Below the pieces are notes generated by a model. That model searched no databases. It was not told the DNA's origin and worked only from the letters and a program-made list of their open reading frames with translations. Below, in pieces: positions 18,153-27,954 of a stretch of DNA of 64,000 nucleotides. This stretch comes from Solirubrobacteraceae bacterium. Lineage in GTDB: Bacteria > Actinomycetota > Thermoleophilia > Solirubrobacterales > Solirubrobacteraceae. The translations under genes and the position numbers were made by a program. How positions within the stretch are numbered: the first letter of the stretch is position 1; each line of letters opens with the position of its first letter. The stretch spans positions 2,040-66,039 of the forward strand of contig DATKPO010000052.1 in the NCBI GenBank assembly GCA_035524055.1, written 5' to 3'.

Positions 18153-19364
18153 ATGCCGCCGCTTATCACCCGCGAGGAGGCCCTGGGTCTGGGTGAGATC
18201 GAGGACCACGCCGAGATCGAAGCGCTTGTCCAGCGTGCCTGGGAAGCCCGGGTGGAGCACTTCGGCGACTCCACCGATATGTGCTCGCTGGTCAACGCCA
18301 AGTCCGGCGGCTGCGCCGAGGACTGCGGCTTCTGCGCGCAGTCGCGCTTCGCCGAGGCCGAGACCCCGATGCACGCCCTGATGGAGCCCGAGCAGATCCT
18401 CGAGCACGCCCGCGCAGCCGAGGCCGCCGGGGCGCATCGCTTCTGCATGGTCACCCAAGGACAGGGACTCTCCAGGCGCGACTTCCAGAAGTACCTCGAC
18501 GGGGTTCGCCTGGTCGCCGAGCACACCAACCTCAAGCGCTGCGCATCGGTCGGGCACATGTCTGTGGAGCGCGCCCGCGCGCTCAGGGAGGCCGGGGTGC
18601 AGCGGGTCCACCACAACGTGGAGACCGCCGAGAGCTACTACGACGAGGTCTCGACGACGGTTCGCTACGAGGGTCGCCTGCGCACGATCCAGGCGGTGCG
18701 CGAGGCCGGCCTGGAGACATGCGTCGGCGGCATCCTCAACCTCGGCGAGACCCGCGAGCAACGCGTCGAGATGGCGTTCGAGCTGGCCGCGATCGACCCG
18801 ACCAGTGTGCCGATCAACCTGCTCAACCCGCGGCCGGGCACCAAGTTCGGCGATCGCGAGCTGATCGACCCCTGGGAGGCGGTGAAGTGGATCGCGATCT
18901 TCCGCCTGATCATGCCGGCCGCGCTGTTCCGACTCTGCGGCGGGCGCGTCGAGAACCTCGGAGAGCTCCAGCCGCTGGCGGTCAGGGCAGGCCTCAACGG
19001 GGTGATGATGGGCAACCTCCTGACGACCCTCGGCGCGGAACCGGAGGACGATCTCGCGATGTTCGCCGAGTTGGGGCTCAACACGGCGCGCCAGCCCGAC
19101 AACGCCGTCAATCCGCGCCCCGACAACCGCAGCGGCTGGCTCGACGGGGAGACTCCCGACGTCGTGGCGGCGCACCTCGTGGACAGCGACGCAGCGGGCG
19201 AGACGCGGGCAGCGGTGGCGGTTGCGCCGCCCGCGGTTGCGAGCGCGACCGAGGACTCGCCGCCAGCGCTGGAGGTGCGCCTCTGGGACCCCTCGACGCA
19301 GCTGCGCTACCGGGCCAAGCGCCGTGTGCCGCCCCGACCCGACGGGGCACTCAACCGGGGCTGA
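18153..19364 (+). CDS. bioB: Biotin synthase
   Basis: 'NAKSGGCAEDCGFCAQS' radical SAM motif, 'HNVET', 'SVPIN', 'GNLLTTLG'. Confidence 0.96.
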   Translation: MPPLITREEALGLGEIEDHAEIEALVQRAWEARVEHFGDSTDMCSLVNAKSGGCAEDCGFCAQSRFAEAETPMHALMEPEQILEHARAAEAAGAHRFCMVTQGQGLSRRDFQKYLDGVRLVAEHTNLKRCASVGHMSVERARALREAGVQRVHHNVETAESYYDEVSTTVRYEGRLRTIQAVREAGLETCVGGILNLGETREQRVEMAFELAAIDPTSVPINLLNPRPGTKFGDRELIDPWEAVKWIAIFRLIMPAALFRLCGGRVENLGELQPLAVRAGLNGVMMGNLLTTLGAEPEDDLAMFAELGLNTARQPDNAVNPRPDNRSGWLDGETPDVVAAHLVDSDAAGETRAAVAVAPPAVASATEDSPPALEVRLWDPSTQLRYRAKRRVPPRPDGALNRG

Positions 19365-19378
19365 GGGAGCGGCACGCG

Positions 19379-19471
19379 GGATGAGTGCCGCCCCGGGTGA
19401 GGCCACGAGCCAGATCGCAGAGCACGGGATGAGCGCCCCGGGTGACGCCACGAGCCAGATCGCGGAGCACG
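19379..19471. repeat. Imperfect tandem duplication (48-nt period) of the bioF start region
   Basis: Encodes MSAAPGEATSQIAEHG followed by MSAPGDATSQIAEHD. Confidence 0.85.
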
Positions 19472-20706
19472 ACATCGAGCTCGCCCTGCAGGAGCTCGAG
19501 CGACTCGGTCTCGGCCGCCGGCTGCGCACGATCGAGGGCCCCCAGGGCCCGCGGGTCACGCTCGACGGACGCCCGGTGCTGCTGCTGTGCTCCAACGACT
19601 ACCTCGGTCTCGCCGGCCACCGGCGCGTGCGCGAGGCAGCCGCCGAGGCGGCTCTGCGCTGGGGCGCAGGCGCCGGCGCATCGCGCCTGGTGTCGGGCAC
19701 GATGTCGATCCACCGCGACCTGGAGCGGCGGCTGGCGGCGTTCAAGGGCCGCGAGGACTGCGTGCTGTTCGGCTCGGGCTACCTGGCCAACCTGGGTGCG
19801 ATCGGGGCGCTTGCCGGACCGGGCGACTCTGTCTTCTCCGACGCCCTCAACCACGCCTCGATCGTGGACGGCTGCCGTCTGTCGCGGGCTCAGATCCACG
19901 TGTACCGCCATCTCGACACCGAGCACCTCGCCTGGAGCCTGCGCCACCACGGCAGCGGGCGGCGCCTGATCGTCACCGACACGGTCTTCTCGATGGATGG
20001 CGACGTGGCGCCCCTCGCGGAGATCGTGCGGCTCGCCCGCGACCACGGCGCGCGGCTGCTGGTCGACGAGGCCCACGCCACCGGGGCGCTCGGCCCCGGC
20101 GGACGCGGGGCGGTCGCCGCGGCGGGCCTGGAGCACGAGGTCGACGCCCTGGTCGGCACGCTGGGCAAGGCGCTCGGCACCTACGGCGCCTACGTCTGCG
20201 CCAGCGCGACGATGGTGCGCCACCTCGTCAACGGCGCGCGGGCGCTGATCTTCTCGACGGCGCCCGCACCGCCGGCGGTCGCCGGCGCGCTTGCGGCGTT
20301 GGAGCTGCTGGAAGAGCATCCCCAACGCGTCGCCCGCCTGCGCACCCGGGCGCGCACCCTCCGCGGCGCGCTTGCCGCCGAGGGCTTCGCGGTGCCGGCG
20401 GGCGAGATGCAGATCGTGCCGCTGCCGGCGGGCGACGCGCGCACGGCGCTGGCGCTCTGCGAGGGCGCGCTGCGGCGCGGGGTGTTCGCCCAGGCGATCC
20501 GTCCGCCGTCGGTGCCGAAGGGGACCTCGCGGCTGCGCCTGACCGTGACGGCCGCACACTCCGATGACCAGTTGCGCCACGCCGCAAAGGCGCTCGGCGA
20601 GGCCGCGAGGGCCCACGCCAACCTAACGGGGATTAGGTTTCCGCCGGGTATGGGCGGGTCTTCCCATTTACGGACACCCACGCCCAACCTAGCGGGGACT
20701 AGGTAG
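19381..20706 (+). CDS. bioF: 8-amino-7-oxononanoate synthase
   Basis: 'CSNDYLGLA', 'GASRLVSG', 'LNHASIVDG', 'FSMDGD', 'DEAHA', 'GTLGKA', 'IRPPSVP'. Start is 19381 or 19429 (duplicated start region). Confidence 0.95.
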   Translation: MSAAPGEATSQIAEHGMSAPGDATSQIAEHDIELALQELERLGLGRRLRTIEGPQGPRVTLDGRPVLLLCSNDYLGLAGHRRVREAAAEAALRWGAGAGASRLVSGTMSIHRDLERRLAAFKGREDCVLFGSGYLANLGAIGALAGPGDSVFSDALNHASIVDGCRLSRAQIHVYRHLDTEHLAWSLRHHGSGRRLIVTDTVFSMDGDVAPLAEIVRLARDHGARLLVDEAHATGALGPGGRGAVAAAGLEHEVDALVGTLGKALGTYGAYVCASATMVRHLVNGARALIFSTAPAPPAVAGALAALELLEEHPQRVARLRTRARTLRGALAAEGFAVPAGEMQIVPLPAGDARTALALCEGALRRGVFAQAIRPPSVPKGTSRLRLTVTAAHSDDQLRHAAKALGEAARAHANLTGIRFPPGMGGSSHLRTPTPNLAGTR

Positions 20707-20724
20707 TGCCCGGGTGTCGGTAAA
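20612..20724. repeat. REP/MITE-like pair of palindromic direct repeats at the bioF/bioD junction
   Basis: CCCACGCC-A-ACCTAA-CGGGGA-TTAGGT and CCCACGCCC-A-ACCTAG-CGGGGA-CTAGGT; outer arms TTTACGGACACCC / GGGTGTCGGTAAA. Confidence 0.7.
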
Positions 20725-21454
20725 ACAACTCTCCCCCCATCCGCCCCCCAAACCGCCTGGCGCGTCGCCGGCGACGCGCGGGCTCTTCGTCACGGGCACC
20801 GACACCGGCGCCGGCAAGAGCGTCGTGAGCGCCGCGCTGCTCGCCGCGATGAGCGCCGCCGGCGAGCCGGCGCGGGCGCACAAGCCGGTGCTGACAGGCC
20901 TCGACGAGCCCGCCGAGCCCAGCGATTGGCCGCCGGACCACGAGCTGCTGGCGAGCGCCTGCGGCATGCGACCCGAGGACGTGGCGCCACGGCGCTACGG
21001 GCCGGCGGTCTCACCGCATCTGGCGGCCGAGCTGGCCGGCGAACGCATCGACCCCGACGGCCTGCTCGCCGCCGCCCACGAGCAGGCGGCGGCGGGACAC
21101 ACGCTCGTCGTCGAGGGCGTCGGCGGCCTGCTGGTGCCACTCGCCGAGAGCTACGCCGTGCGCGATCTGGCGGTCGCCCTGGGCCTGCCGGTCGTGATCG
21201 CCGCCCGCCCGGGGCTCGGCACGATCAACCACACGCTGCTCACGCTGGGGGCGGCGCGGGACGCCGGACTCCAGGTGCGTGCGGTCGTGCTCACGCCGTG
21301 GCCCGCCCGAGCCTCGACGATGGAGCGCTCCAACCGGGAGACGATCGCGCGGCTGGGGGACATCGAGGTGCACGGCCTTGCCGACATCGCGGCTCCCGAC
21401 CGGGAGGAGCTCGCGCGCGCGGGCGCGGCCCTGCCGTGGCGGTCGTGGCTCTAA
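20714..21454 (+). CDS. bioD: Dethiobiotin synthase
   Basis: '[12 protein letters not shown]', 'KPV.TG', 'SPHLAA', 'VEGVGG', 'LGTINHT'. Confidence 0.95.
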   Translation: MSVKQLSPHPPPKPPGASPATRGLFVTGTDTGAGKSVVSAALLAAMSAAGEPARAHKPVLTGLDEPAEPSDWPPDHELLASACGMRPEDVAPRRYGPAVSPHLAAELAGERIDPDGLLAAAHEQAAAGHTLVVEGVGGLLVPLAESYAVRDLAVALGLPVVIAARPGLGTINHTLLTLGAARDAGLQVRAVVLTPWPARASTMERSNRETIARLGDIEVHGLADIAAPDREELARAGAALPWRSWL

Positions 21455-22752
21455 CGAGCGCCAGCCGCGCGTGCGGCGCCGACCACGGCGGCGCCCACGC
21501 CGAGGAGGTCCTCGTCGCAGATGACGTAGGGCGGCATCGTGTAGATCAGATCGCGAAACGGGCGCAGCCAAACCCCGCGCTCGAGGGCGGCGGCGGTGGC
21601 GGCGGCGACGTCCACCCGATCGCGCATCTGGACGACGCCGATCGCGCCGAGCACGCGCACGTCGGCGACGCCGTCGAGCTCGCGGGCCGGTTCGAGGGCG
21701 GCTCGCAGACGACCTTCGATGCGGGCGACCTGGGCCCGCCAGTCGCCGCCGTCGAGCAGCCGCAGCGACGCCGACGCGACGGCGCAGGACAGCGGGTTGG
21801 CCATGAAGGTGGGTCCGTGCATGAGCCCGCCACCCTCGCCGCCGGATACCGCCTCGGCGACGCGAGGCGTGCAGAGGGTGGCGGCGAGCGTCATGTAGCC
21901 CCCGGTGAGGGCCTTGCCGAGACACATCACATCCGGGCTGACACCGGCGTGCTCGCAGGCGAACAGCGCGCCGGTCCGCCCGAACCCGGTGGCGATCTCG
22001 TCGCAGATCAACAGCAGCCCGTGCTCGTCGCAGACCTCGCGCAGCAGGGCGACGCAGGCGGGCGAGTGGAAGCGCATCCCGCCGGCGCCCTGGACGACGG
22101 GCTCACAGATCACCGCCGCGAGCTCGGGGGAATGACGTGACGCCAGCCCCCGGACCTGCGCCGCCCAGCGCGCGAAGCGCTCGTCCCGCGGCGCGTCGAA
22201 TCCATCCGGTGGACGCTCGGCGAAGACCTGCTCGGGCAGGGTGCCGGTGAAGAGGCCGTGCATCCCGCCGACGGGGTCGCAGAGGGACATGGCGCCGAAG
22301 GTGTCGCCGTGGTAGCCGCCGCGTACCGTCAGCAGGCGGGTGCGCTCGCGTGAGCCGACGGCGCGCTGGTATTGCAGGGCCAGCTTGATGGCGACCTCGA
22401 CGGAGACGGAGCCGGAGTCGGCGAAGAAGACGCGCTCCAACCCGGGTGGCGCGATCTCGACGAGCCGCTGGGCGAGATGGATGGCGGGCTCGTGGGTGAG
22501 CCCGCCGAACATGACGTGCGCCATCCGCCCGAGCTGCTCTTCCACGGCGGCGTCGAGCACGGGATGGCGGTAGCCGTGCACCGCGCACCACCAGGAGGAC
22601 ATGCCGTCGATCAGCTCACGGCCGTCGGCGAGGCGCAGCCGCACGCCCCGCGCCGAGACGACAGGCAGGGCGGGCTGGGCGGCGGGCAGAGCGCCGTAGG
22701 GATGCCAGAGGTGCTCGCGGTCGAATGCGAGCAGTGCCCCCCAGTCGCTCAG
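21451..22752 (-). CDS. bioA: Adenosylmethionine-8-amino-7-oxononanoate aminotransferase
   Basis: 'HLWHPY', 'DGMSSWW', 'SGSVSVEVA', 'YHGDT', '[11 protein letters not shown]', 'HGPTFMANP'. Start probably CTG 22752 (alternative: GTG 22869 inside the rubredoxin gene). Confidence 0.95.
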   Translation of the reverse strand: MSDWGALLAFDREHLWHPYGALPAAQPALPVVSARGVRLRLADGRELIDGMSSWWCAVHGYRHPVLDAAVEEQLGRMAHVMFGGLTHEPAIHLAQRLVEIAPPGLERVFFADSGSVSVEVAIKLALQYQRAVGSRERTRLLTVRGGYHGDTFGAMSLCDPVGGMHGLFTGTLPEQVFAERPPDGFDAPRDERFARWAAQVRGLASRHSPELAAVICEPVVQGAGGMRFHSPACVALLREVCDEHGLLLICDEIATGFGRTGALFACEHAGVSPDVMCLGKALTGGYMTLAATLCTPRVAEAVSGGEGGGLMHGPTFMANPLSCAVASASLRLLDGGDWRAQVARIEGRLRAALEPARELDGVADVRVLGAIGVVQMRDRVDVAAATAAALERGVWLRPFRDLIYTMPPYVICDEDLLGVGAAVVGAARAAGAR

Positions 22753-22756
22753 CTTT

Positions 22757-22936
22757 TTAGTCCTCGTAGAGGGAGAAGTCGCGCTTACGGGCCCCGCAAA
22801 CCGGGCAGAACCAGGTATCGGGGATGTCCTCGAAGGCCGTCCCCGCGGGAATACCGCCGTCTGGGTCACCGTCGGCGGGATCGTAGATGTAGCCGCAGGA
22901 CTCGCAGATCCAGCGCTGCAGGGTCTGGGTTGTCAT
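22757..22936 (-). CDS. Rubredoxin (59 aa)
   Basis: '[28 protein letters not shown]'; TAGTCT 7 nt upstream of ATG. Confidence 0.95.
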   Translation of the reverse strand: MTTQTLQRWICESCGYIYDPADGDPDGGIPAGTAFEDIPDTWFCPVCGARKRDFSLYED

Positions 22937-23023
22937 GCGCCAAAGACTACCGGTCGCCGCGTATCCGGCTAACGCGCCCAGATCCGGCTCGCGCGGCGCC
23001 GGCGCAGCCGCTACGGTCACCGG

Positions 23024-23659
23024 ATGAGCACGCCGACCGCCGACACCGAGCCCGGCCCCGGCGAGGAGCACAACCCCGGCCCGCCGACGCCGCCGCGCCA
23101 GGCGGCGACGGTGATTCTGCTGCGCGGCGGCGAGCGGGAGCTGGAGCTGCTGCTGGTCAAGCGCTCGCCGGCGGCGCGCTTCATGGGCGGCGTCTGGGTG
23201 TTTCCCGGTGGAGCCGTCGAGCGGGCCGAGGGCGAGGACGACGCCGCCCACCGGGCGGCCGCGGTGCGGGAGCTCCGCGAGGAGGCGGGCGTGGTGCTGC
23301 CCGACGCGGCGCGGCTCGTGAAGTTCTCCCGCTGGATCACGCCGGCGGCGGTGAGGACGCGCTTCGACACCCACTTCTTCCTCGCGACGCTGCCGCCCGG
23401 CCAGGAGCCGCGGGTGGACGGGGAGGAGTGCGTCGAGCACCGCTGGCTCTCGCCCGCGGCGGCCCTGGAGGCGCACCGGGCAGGCGAGCTCCTGCTGGTG
23501 TTCCCGACGATCAAGCACCTGGAGCAGCTGAGCGCCTTCGCGAGCGCGAACGAGCTGCTGGAGCACGCCCGGGGACGCACCGTCGAGCCGGTTCAGCCGC
23601 GCGTGGTGGTCCAGGGCGAGATCGCCCGGCTGCTGCTGCCCGGCGACCCGGGGTACTGA
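23024..23659 (+). CDS. NUDIX hydrolase (Nudt19-like)
   Basis: '[16 protein letters not shown]', 'RWITP', 'RFDTHFF', 'FPT'. Confidence 0.92.
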   Translation: MSTPTADTEPGPGEEHNPGPPTPPRQAATVILLRGGERELELLLVKRSPAARFMGGVWVFPGGAVERAEGEDDAAHRAAAVRELREEAGVVLPDAARLVKFSRWITPAAVRTRFDTHFFLATLPPGQEPRVDGEECVEHRWLSPAAALEAHRAGELLLVFPTIKHLEQLSAFASANELLEHARGRTVEPVQPRVVVQGEIARLLLPGDPGY

Positions 23660-25503
23660 GCGTCGTGTTCCTGGGCCTGGACGACGTGGGTGACGGCGTT
23701 GATCAAGGCGAGGTGGGTGAAGGCCTGGGGGAAGTTGCCGAGCATCCGCCCGGACGAGGCCTCGAGCTCCTCGGCGTAGAGCTGAAGCGGGGAGGCGTAG
23801 GTGAGCAGGCGCTCGCAGAGGTGCTCGGCCTCGCGGGTCTCGCCGATCTCGGCGAGCGCCGAGACGAGCCAGAAGGAGCAGATGAGAAAGGTCCCCTCCT
23901 CCCCGCTCTGACCGTCGTCGGTCTCGTCGGTGCGGTAGCGCAGGACGAGCCCGTTCTCGGTTAGCTCCTCGCGGATCGCCCGGACGGTCGCGCAAACGCG
24001 CTCGTCGTCTGGGGGCAGGAAGCGGACGAGCGGGATCAGCAGGTTGGAGGCGTCGAGGGCGTCGGTGTCGTAGTGCTGGCGGAAGACGCCGCGACCGTCG
24101 ACGCCCTTGTCGAGGATCTCGGCCGAGATCTCGTCGGCGACGGCCTGGAAGTGCTTGGCGCTGTCCTGCTCGCCGCGACGTTCCGCCAGGCGGGCGCCGC
24201 GGTCCATGGCGACCCAGCACATGAGCTTGGAGGAGACGTAGTGACGGGGCTCGCCGCGCGCCTCCCAGATGCCCTGGTCGGGTTCGCGCCAGACGCGCTC
24301 GGCGCACTTGACCTGGTCGACGAGGACCGGCCAGAGGCGCTCGGGGATGTGGTCGCGCTTCTTGGAGTGCAGATAGACGGAGTCGAGCACGGCGCCGTAG
24401 ACGTCGTTTTGGCGCTGGTCGTAGGCCCCGTTGCCGATCCTCACGGGGCGCGCGTTCTGGTAGCCCTTGAGATGGTCCAGCGTCGACTCCCGCAGCTCCT
24501 TGTCGCCGCGGATGCCATACATGATCTGCAGCGACCCGTCCTCGTTGCGCTCCAGATCGGCGAGGTACTGGACGAAATCGTCGGCCTCCCAGTCGAGTCC
24601 GAGGGCGTGCAGCCCCCAGAGGGTGAAGGTGGCGTCGCGCATCCAGCAGTAGCGGTAGTCCCAGTTGCGCGAGCCCTGCGGGGTCTCGGGCAGCGACGTC
24701 GTGGCGGCGGCGACGAGGGCCCCGGTCGGCATGAAGGTGAGGCCCTTCAGCGTCAGCGCGGAGCGCTGCAGATGCAGGCGCCAGGGATGGTCGGGGTAGT
24801 TGCCTTCGGCCAGCCAGTTGCGCCAGAAGTGGCTGGTGAGCTCGAGGTGGCCCTCGGCCTGCTCGACGGTGCGAGGCCCGCCGAGACCCTCTGTCCAGGA
24901 GATCGCGCAGAAGCGCTTCTCGCCTTCGCTCATCGTGTGGCGGGCGTGGACGCGGTTGCCCTCGATGCCCATGCGCATGTCGGAGAACAGACGGAAGACG
25001 GTCCTGCCATCCGCCGCGTCGAGCGCCTTGGGCTGGTCGGGCACCTGGGTCCAGGTTGCCGTGGTGGCGCCGAAGTCGAGCATGGGCTCGCAGACCATCT
25101 CGACCTGGACCTGCCCCTGGATGCACTCCACGAGCCGCACGAGGAGATGATCGGCGTCGTAGTCCGTCGGTGGGCGGGTGTGGCTCGAGCCCTCTTCGTT
25201 TTCGTGCCATTCGCCGACGGTGAGGGCGTCGATCACCCTGAGCCAACCCTGGGGGGTCATCCAGGTGGTCTCGACGACGTTGGTGCCCGGCAGGTAGCGA
25301 CGGCCGGCGGGCACGTAGATGCCGTAGGGACCGACGCGAAAGCGTCCGGCTCCGCGGTCGAGCATCGCGGCGAAGACGCTCGGCGAGTCGAAGTGCGGCA
25401 GGCACAGCCACTCGACCCCGCCGTCGGACGCCACCAGCGCGCCGGTGTGACAGTCAGAGAGGAAGGCGTAGTCCGCGATCGGCGGAAAGGGCGAGTCCTC
25501 CAT
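23593..25503 (-). CDS. Glycoside hydrolase family 15 (trehalase/glucoamylase-like)
   Basis: '[21 protein letters not shown]', 'DQGIWE.R', '[10 protein letters not shown]', 'GNFPQAFTH'. Confidence 0.95.
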   Translation of the reverse strand: MEDSPFPPIADYAFLSDCHTGALVASDGGVEWLCLPHFDSPSVFAAMLDRGAGRFRVGPYGIYVPAGRRYLPGTNVVETTWMTPQGWLRVIDALTVGEWHENEEGSSHTRPPTDYDADHLLVRLVECIQGQVQVEMVCEPMLDFGATTATWTQVPDQPKALDAADGRTVFRLFSDMRMGIEGNRVHARHTMSEGEKRFCAISWTEGLGGPRTVEQAEGHLELTSHFWRNWLAEGNYPDHPWRLHLQRSALTLKGLTFMPTGALVAAATTSLPETPQGSRNWDYRYCWMRDATFTLWGLHALGLDWEADDFVQYLADLERNEDGSLQIMYGIRGDKELRESTLDHLKGYQNARPVRIGNGAYDQRQNDVYGAVLDSVYLHSKKRDHIPERLWPVLVDQVKCAERVWREPDQGIWEARGEPRHYVSSKLMCWVAMDRGARLAERRGEQDSAKHFQAVADEISAEILDKGVDGRGVFRQHYDTDALDASNLLIPLVRFLPPDDERVCATVRAIREELTENGLVLRYRTDETDDGQSGEEGTFLICSFWLVSALAEIGETREAEHLCERLLTYASPLQLYAEELEASSGRMLGNFPQAFTHLALINAVTHVVQAQEHDAQYPGSPGSSSRAISPWTTTRG

Positions 25504-26457
25504 CTACCAGACGGGCTCCTGCCGGGGGGGGTCCTCCCATGAAGCCCCCTCCCAGGTGGAGGCGTCCCAGTGCGGGTACTCGACGCCGGCGGGCAGGGTG
25601 CCCTCTTCGTCGAGCTTGTCGAGGTGCGCCGCGAGCGTTATCGCGGCCGCCGGGCGCAGCTCGATCGGCACGTCGGGCCAGGCGCGATCGAGCAGCTCCT
25701 CGCTCGTGCGCCGTCCTTCGGCGAGCGCCAGGATCAGGAGGTGCTCGCGGTCGTAGCGATGCCCGACGCACTCTTCGAGCTTGACCATGGGCTCCCACAC
25801 AGCGGGGCCGTGGCCGGGACAGAGCACGTCGAGATCCAGCGAGGTGAGGCGCATGAGGCCGTCGAGGTAGCCGCTGAGGGCGTGCGGGTAGGGAGCGATG
25901 AAAACGCTTCCCTCGCCGAGCACGGCGTCGCCGGTGAAGGCGACTTTGTCGGCGACCAGGGCGAAATGCTCGGGCGCATGACCCGGGGTTGGAATCGCCT
26001 CCAGCGGCCCGAAGCGGACGCCGTCGGCGAGCAGGACGTCGAGGCCCCGGCCGAACGCCGCCGCCAGCGGCGCCGGGCGCAGCTCGCGCAACGCGGCGAC
26101 CGCCTCGGTGTGATCGGGATGGTCGTGCGTCAGGGCGACACCACCGAGGCCCCCGCGCGCGTCGACGGCGGCCACGATCTTCTCTAAGTGCTCCTTGAGC
26201 TGCGGCCCGGGGTCGATGACGTAGGCGGGATTGCGGTCGACGATCCAGGTGTTCGTGCCCGACAGCGTCAACGGCCCGGGGTTGTTGGCGCGGATGCGCA
26301 GGACGTCATAGGAGGCCAGCCGCTTGGCCTCGGCCTCGGGATCGAGCGCGGCGTTCGGGTCGGAGCCGAAGACGAGCTCGAACTCGGTCGGCTGGTCGGC
26401 GTCCGAGGAGGCGTCGCGACTTGGGTCCGGATCCGAGTCCGAGGATGGGGAGCGCAT
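25504..26457 (-). CDS. MBL-fold metallo-hydrolase (LACTB2-like)
   Basis: 'NPGPLTLSGTNTW', 'THDHPDH', 'TPGH', 'FTGD', 'PGHG'. Confidence 0.92.
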   Translation of the reverse strand: MRSPSSDSDPDPSRDASSDADQPTEFELVFGSDPNAALDPEAEAKRLASYDVLRIRANNPGPLTLSGTNTWIVDRNPAYVIDPGPQLKEHLEKIVAAVDARGGLGGVALTHDHPDHTEAVAALRELRPAPLAAAFGRGLDVLLADGVRFGPLEAIPTPGHAPEHFALVADKVAFTGDAVLGEGSVFIAPYPHALSGYLDGLMRLTSLDLDVLCPGHGPAVWEPMVKLEECVGHRYDREHLLILALAEGRRTSEELLDRAWPDVPIELRPAAAITLAAHLDKLDEEGTLPAGVEYPHWDASTWEGASWEDPPRQEPVW

Positions 26458-26662
26458 ACTTTGACGTTAGCTCGTTTGCTGGACGAATGTCAGCGGCGGG
26501 CGTGCCCTTCCCATGGCATCCCTACGCACTCGGACTCCACTTATCGGGATCACCTGCGATATCGATGTCCATGGTCAAAGCATACAACCGTCTGCGTAAA
26601 ATACCCGTTGTCGGATTTGTGCAAGATCTCAAGGCGACGGCGGAGACAGTCGAAGGGGCCGT

Positions 26663-27790
26663 ATGGGCCAGGGAACCTCATGGCTGTGTCCGACAGAGCT
26701 CGACCGCACCCGCGTCGTGGACGCCAGCGATCGGGTGCGCACCATCCGCCTCGTGGGCTCCGGCGCGATCGGGGTCGCGCTGCTGGTCGCGGCGCCGTGG
26801 ATCGGCTGGTGGACGCTGGCTCTGTTCGCGGCGTCGCTGCTCAACTTCCTCGGGGTCGACCGGCGGATGCGCACGAGTCCGCACCCCGAGCGGGTGAGCG
26901 TGGCGGCGATCCTGATCACGCTGCTGCTGCTCGGCGGCGGCGTCGTGCTCAGCGGCGGACCGACCAGCCCCGCGCTGCCCTGGATGGTGCTGCCGGCGGC
27001 GATGACCGCGGCGCGCTTTCGCCAGCAGGTCGTGGTCGTGGCCCTCGTCCTCACCGCCGCCCTGGTCCTGGCGGTGACGCTCGGAGTGGACCCGGGGGCG
27101 ACCGTCGAGGACCCGGTGCCGGTGATCGCGACGCTGGCGTTGCTGCTCAGCGTGGTCTCGATCGTGTGGGCGCTGCAGGCCGCCGAGCTGCACCATCGGG
27201 ACGAGGCGATCATCGATCCGCTCACGGGGCTGCTCAACCGCCACGCGCTGGCGCCGCGCTTCCTCGAGCTCTCCCATCAGGCCCGGATCACCGAACAGCC
27301 GGTCTGCCTGCTGCTCTGCGACGTGGACAGCTTCAAGCTCATCAACGACCGCTACGGCCACGACCGCGGCGACGCCGTGCTGCGCGACGTCGCCTACGAG
27401 CTGCGCAAGCGGCTGCGCTCGTTCGAGCTCGTCTACCGCGTGGGCGGCGAGGAGTTCCTGATCGTGCTGCCCGGCGTGCACGCGCAGGAGGCAGGCGAGA
27501 TCGCGGAGCGGCTGCGCCTTGCGGTCGAGAGCGCCCGACCGACCGGGATCGCGATCACGGTCTCGCTCGGCCTCAGCGTGGGCAGCGGTGAGGAGGTCGT
27601 CTACGAGACCCTCTTCCGGGCCGCGGACCGCGCGCTCTACGAAGCCAAGCACGCCGGACGCAACCGCGTGGTCCTCGCCGGCGGCTGGGACGCCGCCGCG
27701 TCTCCGGAGACGCAGCCTGGCGCGGGCGCGACGCCGGACCTCGAGCCGATCGCGGGCCCCACGCTGGCGACGGCCTCGCTGGCGGGCTGA
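26663..27790 (+). CDS. Membrane-bound diguanylate cyclase (GGDEF domain)
   Basis: N-terminal TM helices; 'DPLTGLLNR', 'DVDSFKLINDRYGH', 'GGEEF', 'ADRALYEAK'. Confidence 0.95.
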   Translation: MGQGTSWLCPTELDRTRVVDASDRVRTIRLVGSGAIGVALLVAAPWIGWWTLALFAASLLNFLGVDRRMRTSPHPERVSVAAILITLLLLGGGVVLSGGPTSPALPWMVLPAAMTAARFRQQVVVVALVLTAALVLAVTLGVDPGATVEDPVPVIATLALLLSVVSIVWALQAAELHHRDEAIIDPLTGLLNRHALAPRFLELSHQARITEQPVCLLLCDVDSFKLINDRYGHDRGDAVLRDVAYELRKRLRSFELVYRVGGEEFLIVLPGVHAQEAGEIAERLRLAVESARPTGIAITVSLGLSVGSGEEVVYETLFRAADRALYEAKHAGRNRVVLAGGWDAAASPETQPGAGATPDLEPIAGPTLATASLAG

Positions 27791-27827
27791 GCGCGAGCGC
27801 CCGTGCCGCTCGCGTCCGGGGGGAGCC

Positions 27828-27902
27828 GGCCGCCGAGACCGCGAGCCTGGACCCAGCGATCCAGCGGGCCGCCGAGACCGCGGGCCTGGACCGAGCGGTC
27901 AA
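27828..27902. repeat. Imperfect tandem repeat, 39-nt period, 2 copies
   Basis: GGCCGCCGAGACCGCG(A/G)GCCTGGACC(C/G)AGCG starting at 27828 and 27867. Confidence 0.85.
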
Positions 27903-27954
27903 CCGCGCGAGGAAGCCTCGCCGGAGGGTAAAGGTGCATACGATTGCGCCGGGG

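Noticed and set aside
20612-20704. Two palindromic 27-28-nt repeats with a 38-nt spacer as a CRISPR mini-array
   Set aside because: Only two non-identical repeats, located in coding sequence, with no leader or cas genes; the 'spacer' pairs with downstream sequence. A REP/MITE-like element fits better.
22750-22765. Programmed +1 frameshift fusing rubredoxin to BioA
   Set aside because: The last sense codon GAC could not re-pair with ACU in the +1 frame; CTG initiation is simpler.
22757-25411. 884-aa ORF ending in a rubredoxin domain as a fusion protein
   Set aside because: The upstream part is an off-frame shadow of the GH15 and NUDIX genes; the rubredoxin has its own ATG (22936) and -10 box.
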